Source: Balanoglossus misakiensis
Taxonomy: Eukaryota; Animalia; Hemichordata
NCBI GenBank assembly: GCA_040954595.2
Contig: CM082584.2
Location: 10,014,190-10,078,189, forward strand
Length of the DNA stretch: 64,000 nucleotides
Direction: 5' to 3'
Under the pieces are notes generated by a model that was not told where the DNA came from, made no database searches, and worked only from the letters and a program-made list of their open reading frames with translations. Each line of letters starts with the position of its first letter. Position 1 is the stretch's first letter. Shown here in pieces: positions 1 through 11,088 of the stretch. Position numbers and translations under genes: made by a program.

Positions 1-3000
1 AAAAATCATGGGTTATAGCTCATGAAATATACCAAATGAGAATTTTTTGAAAAATGGGTTTTCGACTTTGCGGATTTCCAAAATTTGGCCGATTTTTGAA
101 AAAATCATGGGTTATAGCTCATGAAAATCATCCAAAAATGAGAATTTTTCGACTTTGCGGAATTTTCAAAATTTGGCCGATTTTTGAAAAATCATGGGTT
201 ATAGCTCATGAAAATCATCCAAAAATGAGAATTTTTCGACTTTGCGGAATTTCAAAATTTGGCCGATTTTTGAAAAAATCATGGGTTATAGCTCATGAAA
301 ATCATCCAAAAATGAGAATTTTTCGACTTTGCGGAATTTCAAAATTTGGCCGATTTTGAAAAAATCATGGGTTATAGCTCATGAAAATCATCCAAAAATG
401 AGAATTTTTCGACTTTGCGGAATTTCAAAATTTGGCCGATTTTTGAAAAAATCATGGGTTATAGCTCATGAAAATCATCCAAAAATGAGAATTTTTCGAC
501 TTTGCGGAATTTCAAAATTTGGCCGATTTTTGAAAAAATCATGGGTTATAGCTCATGAAAATCATCCAAAAATGAGAATTTTTCGACTTTGCGGAATTTC
601 AAAATTTGGCCGATTTTTGAAAAAATCATGGGTTATAGCTCATGAAAATCATCCAAAAATGAGAATTTTTCGACTTTGCGGAATTTCAAAATTTGGCCGA
701 TTTTTGAAAAAATCATGGGTTATAGCTCATGAAAATCATCCAAAAATGAGAATTTTTCGACTTTGCGGAATTTCAAAATTTGGCCGATTTTTGAAAAAAT
801 CATGGGTTATAGCTCATGAAAATCATCCAAAAATGAGAATTTTTCGACTTTGCGGAATTTCAAAATTTGGCCGATTTTTGAAAAAATCATGGGTTATAGC
901 TCATGAAAATCATCCAAAAATGAGAATTTTTCGACTTTGCGGAATTTCAAAATTTGGCCGATTTTTGAAAAAATCATGGGTTATAGCTCATGAAAATCAT
1001 CCAAAAATGAGAATTTTTCGACTTTGCGGAATTTCAAAATTTGGCCGATTTTTGAAAAAATCATGGGTTATAGCTCATGAAAATCATCCAAAAATGAGAA
1101 TTTTTCGACTTTGCGGAATTTCAAAATTTGGCCGATTTTTGAAAAAAATCATGGGTTATAGCTCATGAAAATCATCCAAAATTGAGAATTTTTCGACTTT
1201 GCGGAATTTCAAAATTTGGCCGATTTTTGAAAAAAATCATGGGTTATAGCTCATGAAAATCATCCAAAAATGAGAATTTTTCGACTTTGCTGAATTTCAA
1301 AATTTGGCCGATTTTTGAAAAAATCATGGGTTATAGCTCATGAAAATCATCCAAAAATGAGAATTTTTCGACTTTGCGGAATTTCAAAATTTGGCCGATT
1401 TTTGAAAAAATCATGGGTTATAGCTCATGAAAATCATCCAAAAATGAGAATTTTTCGACTTTGCGGAATTTCAAAATTTGGCCGATTTTTGAAAAAATCA
1501 TGGGTTATAGCTCATGAAAATCATCCAAAAATGAGAATTTTTCGACTTTGCTGAATTTCAAAATTTGGCCGATTTTTGAAAAAATCATGGGTTATAGCTC
1601 ATGAAAATCATCCAAAAATGAGAATTTTTCGACTTTGCTGAATTTCAAAATTTGGCCGATTTTTGAAAAAATCATGGGTTATAGCTCATGAAAATCATCC
1701 AAAAAATGAGAATTTTTCGACTTTGCTGAATTTCAAAATTTGGCCGATTTTTGAAAAAATCATGGGTTATAGCTCATGAAAATCATCCAAAAATGAGAAT
1801 TTTTCGACTTTGCTGAATTTCAAAATTTGGCCGATTTTTGAAAAAATCATGGGTTATAGCTCATGAAAATCATCCAAAAAATGAGAATTTTTCGACTTTG
1901 CTGAATTTCAAAATTTGGCCGATTTTTGAAAAAATCATGGGTTATAGCTCATGAAAATCATCCAAAAATGAGAATTTTTCGACTTTGCTGAATTTCAAAA
2001 TTTGGCCGATTTTTGAAAAAATCATGGGTTATAGCTCATGAAAATCATCCAAAAATGAGAATTTTTCGACTTTGCTGAATTTCAAAATTTGGCCGATTTT
2101 TGAAAAAATCATGGGTTATAGCTCATGAAAATCATCCAAAAAATGAGAATTTTTCGACTTTGCTGATTTCAAAATTGGCCGATTTTTGAAAAAAATCATG
2201 GGTTATAGCTCATGAAAATCATCCAAAAATGAGAATTTTTCGACTTTGCTGAATTTCAAAATTTGGCCGATTTTTGAAAAAATCATGGGTTATAGCTCAT
2301 GAAAATCATCCAAAAATGAGAATTTTTCGACTTTGCTGAATTTCAAAATTTGGCCGATTTTTGAAAAAATCATGGGTTATAGCTCATGAAAATCATCCAA
2401 AAATGAGAATTTTTCGACTTTGCGGAATTTCAAAATTTGGCCGATTTTTGAAAAAAATCATGGGTTATAGCTCATGAAAATCATCCAAAAATGAGAATTT
2501 TTCGACTTTGCGGAATTTCAAAATTTGGCCGATTTTTGAAAAAATCATGGGTTATAGCTCATGAAAATCATCCAAAAATGAGAATTTTTCGACTTTGCGG
2601 AATTTCAAAATTTGGCCGATTTTTGAAAAAATCATGGGTTATAGCTCATGAAAATCATCCAAAAATGAGAATTTTTCGACTTTGCGGAATTTCAAAATTT
2701 GGCCGATTTTTGAAAAAATCATGGGTTATAGCTCATGAAAATCATCCAAACATGAGAATTTTTCGACTTTGCGGAATTTCAAAATTTGGCCGATTTTTGA
2801 AAAAATCATGGGTTATAGCTCATGAAAATCATCCAAACATGAGAATTTTTCGACTTTGCGGAATTTCAAAATTTGGCCGATTTTTGAAAAAATCATGGGT
2901 TATAGCTCATGAAAATCATCCAAAAATGAGAATTTTTCGACTTTGCGGAATTTCAAAATTTGGCCGATCTTTGAAAAAATCATGGGTTATAGCTCATGAA

Positions 3001-6000
3001 AATCATCCAAAAATGAGAATTTTTCGACTTTGCGGAATTTCAAAATTTGGCCGATTTTTGAAAAAATCATGGGTTATAGCTCATGAAAATCATCCAAAAA
3101 TGAGAATTTTTCGACTTTGCGGAATTTCAAAATTTGGCCGATTTTTGAAAAAATCATGGGTTATAGCTCATGAAAATCATCCAAACATGAGAATTTTTCG
3201 ACTTTGCGGAATTTCAAAATTTGGCCGATTTTTGAAAAAATCATGGGTTATAGCTCATGAAAATCATCCAAACATGAGAATTTTTCGACTTTGCGGAATT
3301 TCAAAATTTGGCCGATTTTTGAAAAAATCATGGGTTATAGCTCATGAAAATCATCCAAACATGAGAATTTTTCGACTTTGCGGAATTTCAAAATTTGGCC
3401 GATTTTTGAAAAAATCATGGGTTATAGCTCATGAAAATCATCCAAAAATGAGAATTTTTCGACTTTGCGGAATTTCAAAATTTGGCCGATTTTTGAAAAA
3501 ATCATGGGTTATAGCTCATGAAAATCATCCAAAAATGAGAATTTTTCGACTTTGCGGAATTTCAAAATTTGGCCGATTTTTGAAAAAATCATGGGTTATA
3601 GCTCATGAAAATCATCCAAAAATGAGAATTTTTCGACTTTGCGGAATTTCAAAATTTGGCCGATTTTTGAAAAAATCATGGGTTATAGCTCATGAAAATC
3701 ATCCAAAAATGAGAATTTTTCGACTTTGCGGAATTTCAAAATTTGGCCGATTTTTGAAAAAATCATGGGTTATAGCTCATGAAAATCATCCAAAAATGAG
3801 AATTTTTCGACTTTGCGGAATTTCAAAATTTGGCCGATTTTTGAAAAAATCATGGGTTATAGCTCATGAAAATCATCCAAAAATGAGAATTTTTCGACTT
3901 TGCGGAATTTCAAAATTTGGCCGATTTTTGAAAAAATCATGGGTTATAGCTCATGAAAATCATCCAAAATGAGAATTTTTCGACTTTGCGGAATTTCAAA
4001 AATTTGGCCGATTTTTGAAAAAATCATGGGTTATAGCTCATGAAAATCATCCAAAAATGAGAATTTTTCGACTTTGCGGAATTTCAAAATTTGGCCGATT
4101 TTTGAAAAAATCATGGGTTATAGCTCATGAAAATCATCCAAAAATGAGAATTTTTCGACTTTGCGGAATTTCAAAATTTGGCCGATTTTTGAAAAAATCA
4201 TGGGTTATAGCTCATGAAAATCATCCAAAAATGAGAATTTTTCGACTTTGCTGAATTTCAAAATTTGGCCGATTTTTGAAAAAATCATGGGTTATAGCTC
4301 ATGAAAATCATCCAAAAAATGAGAATATTTCGACTTTGCTGAATTTCAAAATTTGGCCGATTTTTGAAAAAATCATGGGTTATAGCTCATGAAAATCATC
4401 CAAAAAATGAGAATTTTTCGACTTTGCTGAATTTCAAAATTTGGCCGATTTTTGAAAAAATCATGGGTTATAGCTCATGAAAATCATCCAAAAATGAGAA
4501 TTTTTCGACTTTGCTGAATTTCAAAATTTGGCCGATTTTTGAAAAAATCATGGGTTATAGCTCATGAAAATCATCCAAAAATGAGAATTTTTCGACTTTG
4601 CTGAATTTCAAAATTTGGCCGATTTTTGAAAAAATCATGGGTTATAGCTCATGAAAATCATCCAAAAATGAGAATTTTTCGACTTTGCGGAATTTCAAAA
4701 TTTGGCCGATTTTTGAAAAAAATCATGGGTTATAGCTCATGAAAATCATCCAAAAATGAGAATTTTTCGACTTTGCTGAATTTCAAAATTTGGCCGATTT
4801 TTGAAAAAATCATGGGTTATAGCTCATGAAAATCATCCAAAAATGAGAATTTTTCGACTTTGCTGAATTTCAAAATTTGGCCGATTTTTGAAAAAATCAT
4901 GGGTTATAGCTCATGAAAATCATCCAAAAATGAGAATTTTTCGACTTTGCGGAATTTCAAAATTTGGCCGATTTTTGAAAAAAATCATGGGTTATAGCTC
5001 ATGAAAATCATCCAAAAATGAGAATTTTTCGACTTTGCGGAATTTCAAAATTTGGCCGATTTTTGAAAAAATCATGGGTTATAGCTCATGAAAATCATCC
5101 AAAAATGAGAATTTTTCGACTTTGCGGAATTTCAAAATTTGGCCGATTTTTGAAAAAATCATGGGTTATAGCTCATGAAAATCATCCAAAAATGAGAATT
5201 TTTCGACTTTGCGGAATTTCAAAATTTGGCCGATTTTTGAAAAAATCATGGGTTATAGCTCATGAAAATCATCCAAAAATGAGAATTTTTCGACTTTGCG
5301 GAATTTCAAAATTTGGCCGATCTTTGAAAAAATCATGGGTTATAGCTCATGAAAATCATCCAAAAATGAGAATTTTTCGACTTTGCGGAATTTCAAAATT
5401 TGGCCGATCTTTGAAAAAATCATGGGTTATAGCTCATGAAAATCATCCAAAAATGAGAATTTTTCGACTTTGCGGAATTTCAAAATTTGGCCGATCTTTG
5501 AAAAAATCATGGGTTATAGCTCATGAAAATCATCCAAAAATGAGAATTTTTCGACTTTGCGGAATTTCAAAATTTGGCCGATCTTTGAAAAAATCATGGG
5601 TTATAGCTCATGAAAATCATCCAAAAATGAGAATTTTTCGACTTTGCGGAATTTCAAAATTTGGCCGATCTTTGAAAAAATCATGGGTTATAGCTCATGA
5701 AAATCATCCAAAAATGAGAATTTTTCGACTTTGCGGAATTTCAAAATTTGGCCGATTTTTGAAAAAATCATGGGTTATAGCTCATGAAAATCATCCAAAA
5801 ATGAGAATTTTTCGACTTTGCGGAATTTCAAAATTTGGCCGATTTTTGAAAAAATCATGGGTTATAGCTCATGAAAATCATCCAAAAATGAGAATTTTTC
5901 GACTTTGCGGAATTTCAAAATTTGGCCGATTTTTGAAAAAATCATGGGTTATAGCTCATGAAAATCATCCAAAAATGAGAATTTTTGGACTTTGCGGAAT

Positions 6001-7586
6001 TTCAAAATTTGGCCGATTTTTGAAAAAAATCATGGGTTATAGCTCATGAAAATCATCCAAAAATGAGAATTTTTCGACTTTGCGGAATTTCAAAATTTGG
6101 CCGATTTTTGAAAAAATCATGGGTTATAGCTCATGAAAATCATCCAAAAATGAGAATTTTTCGACTTTGCGGAATTTCAAAATTTGGCCGATTTTTGAAA
6201 AAATCATGGGTTATAGCTCATGAAAATCATCCAAAAATGAGAATTTTTCGACTTTGCGGAATTTCAAAATTTGGCCGATTTTTGAAAAAATCATGGGTTA
6301 TAGCTCATGAAAATCATCCAAAAATGAGAATTTTTCGACTTTGCGGAATTTCAAAATTTGGCCGATTTTTGAAAAAATCATGGGTTATAGCTCATGAAAA
6401 TCATCCAAAAATGAGAATTTTTCGACTTTGCGGAATTTCAAAATTTGGCCGATTTTTGAAAAAATCATGGGTTATAGCTCATGAAAATCATCCAAAAATG
6501 AGAATTTTTCGACTTTGCGGAATTTCAAAATTTGGCCGATTTTTGAAAAAATCATGGGTTATAGCTCATGAAAATCATCCAAAAATGAGAATTTTTCGAC
6601 TTTGCGGAATTTCAAAATTTGGCCGATTTTTGAAAAAATCATGGGTTATAGCTCATGAAAATCATCCAAAAATGAGAATTTTTCGACTTTGCGGAATTTC
6701 AAAATTTGGCCGATTTTTGAAAAAATCATGGGTTATAGCTCATGAAAATCATCCAAAAATGAGAATTTTTCGACTTTGCGGAATTTCAAAATTTGGCCGA
6801 TTTTTGAAAAAATCATGGGTTATAGCTCATGAAAATCATCCAAAAATGAGAATTTTTCGACTTTGCGGAATTTCAAAATTTGGCCGATTTTTGAAAAAAT
6901 CATGGGTTATAGCTCATGAAAATCATCCAAAAATGAGAATTTTTCGACTTTGCGGAATTTCAAAATTTGGCCGATTTTTGAAAAAATCATGGGTTATAGC
7001 TCATGAAAATCATCCAAACATGAGAATTTTTCGACTTTGCGGAATTTCAAAATTTGGCCGATTTTTGAAAAAATCATGGGTTATAGCTCATGAAAATCAT
7101 CCAAACATGAGAATTTTTCGACTTTGCGGAATTTCAAAATTTGGCCGATTTTTGAAAAAATCATGGGTTATAGCTCATGAAAATCATCCAAAAATGAGAA
7201 TTTTTCGACTTTGCGGAATTTCAAAATTTGGCCGATTTTTGAAAAAATCATGGGTTATAGCTCATGAAAATCATCCAAAAATGAGAATTTTTCGACTTTG
7301 CGGAATTTCAAAATTTGGCCGATTTTTGAAAAAATCATGGGTTATAGCTCATGAAAATCATCCAAAAATGAGAATTTTTCGACTTTGCGGAATTTCAAAA
7401 ATTTGGCCGATTTTTGAAAAAATCATGGGTTATAGCTCATGAAAATCATCCAAAAATGAGAATTTTTCGACTTTGCGGAATTTCAAAAATTTGGCCGATT
7501 TTTGAAAAAATCATGGGTTATAGCTCATGAAAATCATCCAAAAATGAGAATTTTTCGACTTTGCGGAATTTCAAAATTTGGCCGAT
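1..7586. repeat. 87-bp tandem satellite array (~87 monomers)
   Basis: Monomer AAAAAATCATGGGTTATAGCTCATGAAAATCATCCAAAAATGAGAATTTTTCGACTTTGCGGAATTTCAAAATTTGGCCGATTTTTG repeats head-to-tail with only a few substitutions and homopolymer indels. It ends abruptly at ...GGCCGAT (7586). The 29-aa periodic ORFs in the track are its translation. Confidence 0.99.
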
Positions 7587-7611
7587 GAAAAAATCCAATT
7601 GTGATACTTTA

Positions 7612-7675
7612 ATGCAAAAATGTAAGAGAAAAATTGCACCAAATGACTCTTTCATATTTCACATCATAATTCTGG
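7612..7675 (+). CDS. Candidate first exon of the LDLR-like gene (MQKCKRKIAPNDSFIFHIIIL-G; in-frame upstream ATG at 7585)
   Basis: ATG at 7612 is open to CTGG|GTAAGG at 7675/7676, a phase-1 donor that joins in frame (G+GA) to the acceptor at 7888. It has a basic N-terminus and a short hydrophobic stretch, only weakly signal-peptide-like. Confidence 0.3.
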
Positions 7676-7888
7676 GTAAGGTTGTTTGAGTAGGTAATAT
7701 GGGCCAATATGACTCAGAGCAACAATATATAAGGATTTATGAAGTTGGACAATTAGTACATAAGCAGACTGACAAACATAAAATTGTCAAAGTTCATAAT
7801 CTCGTTTATTTCGATGATATGTGATAATTGAATATGTTGACCACTTGAATACAATAATGATAAACACTGATTGTCTTTGTTAACTCAG

Positions 7889-8131
7889 GACGAACATGCG
7901 AAGCTAAACAATTCCAGTGTAGTACATCTCTAGATTGTATTCCTTTGGACTGGAAGTGCGATGGAGACGATGACTGCGATGACAGGTCTGATGAAGCTGA
8001 ATGTAGCGATGGCGGGAACAGATGTCCAGATATTCAGTTTGCCTGTGCTAACTGGGGATGTGTGCCCATTTCGTGGCTGTGTGACGGTGACGAGGACTGC
8101 CATGATGGTTCAGATGAAAGAGGATGCGGTG
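7889..8131 (+). CDS. LDLR-like exon: LDLa repeats 1-2
   Basis: ctcag| acceptor. Encodes [38 protein letters not shown]...[35 protein letters not shown]. The donor is ambiguous (8128 or 8131, both phase 1). Confidence 0.88.
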
Positions 8132-11042
8132 GTATTCTATATTATGGCGGGGTTTCTTCACCTGGTTAACAATAAAATGAATAACTAACATAACCTTACA
8201 AGATAAGACATTTTTATCAAATCACAGAATAAAAATGATGACATATAAATTCCGCATAAACACACAACGATAACTTCGGAGGTGTCATTTTCCCCCTACA
8301 GATGCTACATGCTCAGAGACAGAATTCCAGTGTACATCAAACAAAACTTGTATCCCAAAAAGATGGAAATGTGATGGCGAGAAGGACTGCCCCGACGAGT
8401 CTGATGAAGAGGAATGTGGAGATGTCGTCGTGAACACGTGCGGAGATAGAGAATTTGCTTGTGATAGTGGCATGTGTACACATATAACATGGGAGTGTGA
8501 TGGTGAACAGGACTGTGATGATGGCTCAGATGAAATAAGATGCAACTCTGGTGCGTAAAATTTACATTAAAATGATAACATGATATCATATCTGAGATGG
8601 TTCACATGAAAGCTGATGCGGTAGTATTCTAAATTATGACGGGGTTGCATCGCTAAGTCTGTCAAGTAACGATATATATATATATGAGCAAGAACTGTAA
8701 GGTCACGTGTTTACAAAAGTTAGCACAAGCCGTAAGGATGTCTGTCTGTCTTTCTACCAGTTGTAGTTATAAGATAGGCAGAACCGCCTAAAGTTTTCAA
8801 TAAAAGTTTAATAATACAAGTTTTGAATAATAACGGAAATGACCAAAAAATCATTCAATTGCATAATAATGATAATCAAGCCAAGCTTGGCATAATTGCC
8901 CAAGGCCTGGTTAACAATAAAATGAATGACTAACATAACCTTACAAGATATTATATGACATTTTATCAAATCACAGAATAAAAATGATGACATATAAGTT
9001 CCGCATAAACACACAACGCTAACTTCGGAGGTGTCATTTCCCCCCCCCCCCCCCCTACAGATGCTACATGCTCAGAGACAGAATTCCAGTGTACATCAAA
9101 CAAAACTTGTATCCCAAAAAGATGGAAATGTGATGGCGAGAAGGACTGCCCCGACGAGTCTGATGAAGAGGAATGTAGCGATGTCGTCGTGAACACATGT
9201 GGAGATAGAGAATTTGCTTGTGATAGTGGCATGTGTACACATATAACATGGGAGTGTGATGGAGATCAGGACTGTGATGATGGCTCAGATGAAATAAGAT
9301 GCAATTCTGGTGCGTTAAATTTACATTAAAATGATAACATGAGATCATATCTGGGAGAGAGAGGGGGGGAAGAGAGAGAGAGGGGGGGGAGAGAAAGAGG
9401 GGGACGGGCTGTCAGCAGACCTGACCGACGCGACGGGGAGACAAAGAGAAACTCACTTTCTACACTATTGTCGATCTTGTTTCTTAGATTCTTGCACAGA
9501 GGACGAATTCGAGTGTGAGGTCGGTATGTGCATCAATAAAGGTCAGTACTGTGATGGAAATGTGGATTGTTCAGATGGCAGCGATGAAGGAGACCATTGC
9601 CATAACTGCAATTCTCAAACTGATTTCTTGTGTGACAACTATGCATGCATAGATCAAAGTGCCACGTGCGATGGGGTCGACGACTGCGGTGATTCGTCAG
9701 ACGAACCAAGCTTTGAAATCTGCAGTAAGTCCCTGTTTTATTATGTCTACACCAATAGAATCATTTCCATCTGCACAACTTACCTTCCGAGTATTTGGTA
9801 CTTCCCTAATTTCTTGCCGAATTTTCAATTGCAGCACTAGATGAATGCAAGCAAGAAAATGGCGGCTGTTCACACAACTGCATTAACTTACCTATAGGCT
9901 TTCACTGCGCATGTCCGACCAGTCACAATCTTGGCAAGGATCTGAAAACGTGTGAAGGTAAATGTAAAATTGGGAATTCACTTCATATGCCACGCTCAGA
10001 TAAGCAATACCATATATAAACATAGCACTGGTTAGGTTTTCTGGCGATGAATATACAGTGTCTACTCAACAATACCTAACTTCAAGCTTGTATCAAAACA
10101 GATTTGTTTCTTGCAAAAGAGTACATTTATCTGCATCTGTCCTTACCACACGTACGACATTCACATATTAGATGGCCGCATCTGCATAGTTTACAACCAC
10201 GTTTCAGCTCAAGGCAGATTTTTAAAGGGCGTTTTGCTTCTTTCGGTAAACAATGTCACACTACAAGAGAACAAACACGCCGCACTATTCAGACGACATT
10301 TTCCTCTTTTCACCTGTAGACAAGAACGAATGCATTACAACACCGGGCATATGTAACGGTTCATTTTGCATGAATTTGGAGGGCGGCTATCGCTGCCACT
10401 GCCCGGCCGGTTACAGCGTCAATGAACAAGGCGAGTGCCGAGCTGAGGGGCGGGAGGCGAGTCTGGTGATCTCTAGCGGCGCCGACATCAGGAGGCTCTT
10501 CCTCGGATCTGGTGACCTGGAAATGGTTGTCGAGAATGTTGCAGCTCGAGCAGTATCCGTGGATGTTGATGTGCGCGAGCGAACACTTTTCTGGTCGGAT
10601 GTGGTGACCGAGAAGATATACAGGTGAGACTAGTGCATTCATTACATGTTGCGCGGTGGTAATTGAACTGTAGAATAACATGGTGAATACTACTGGTATA
10701 TTCCATATCAAAAATACCGTTTCTTGCATCTCAACAAAATCAGACACTTTTATCGGTCACGTGTATGTTTACCCGCCGTCTAATTTCCAACTAAATGTTG
10801 TATTCACGGTTTCACAGTTCATCAATTGAAACGGCAGATGACAAGAAAGTTGTATTCAATGAAAGCACCGGGACGGTCGATGGAATCGCAGTAGACTGGG
10901 TAACAGGAAATTTGTATTGGACTGATACTTTTAGTAATACCGTTAGCGTTGGCGACCCGAAATTGCATAGAAGGAAGACGCTTTTCCATGACAATTTGGA
11001 TGAACCAAGGGATATCGCTGTGGATCCACGAAACGGGTAGGT

Positions 11043-11088
<46 letters not shown>

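Larger units (their letters stand above)
8104..9353 (+). repeat. Tandem segmental duplication (~8104-8595 and ~8596-9353) containing the 249-nt LDLa exon
   Basis: 8161-8594 aligns with 8906-9353, including intron sequence. 8104-8160 (end of the previous exon plus donor) aligns with 8596-8651. Copy B carries about 255 extra bp (8652-8905). Confidence 0.92.

Noticed and set aside
54-7442. Long 29-aa-periodic ORFs (MRIFRLCGISKFGRFLKKSWVIAHENHPK)n, up to 493 aa
   Set aside because: They arise because the monomer is 87 bp (a multiple of 3) with one stop-free frame. They are broken at random by homopolymer indels and by the GCTGA variant, so there is no sign of selection for coding.
1-7586. CRISPR-like array with palindromic repeats
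   Set aside because: There are no unique spacers; the entire unit repeats. The context is eukaryotic and no cas genes are present.
8285-9348. Paired minus-strand ORFs (86-94 aa)
   Set aside because: They are antisense shadows of the duplicated LDLa exons.
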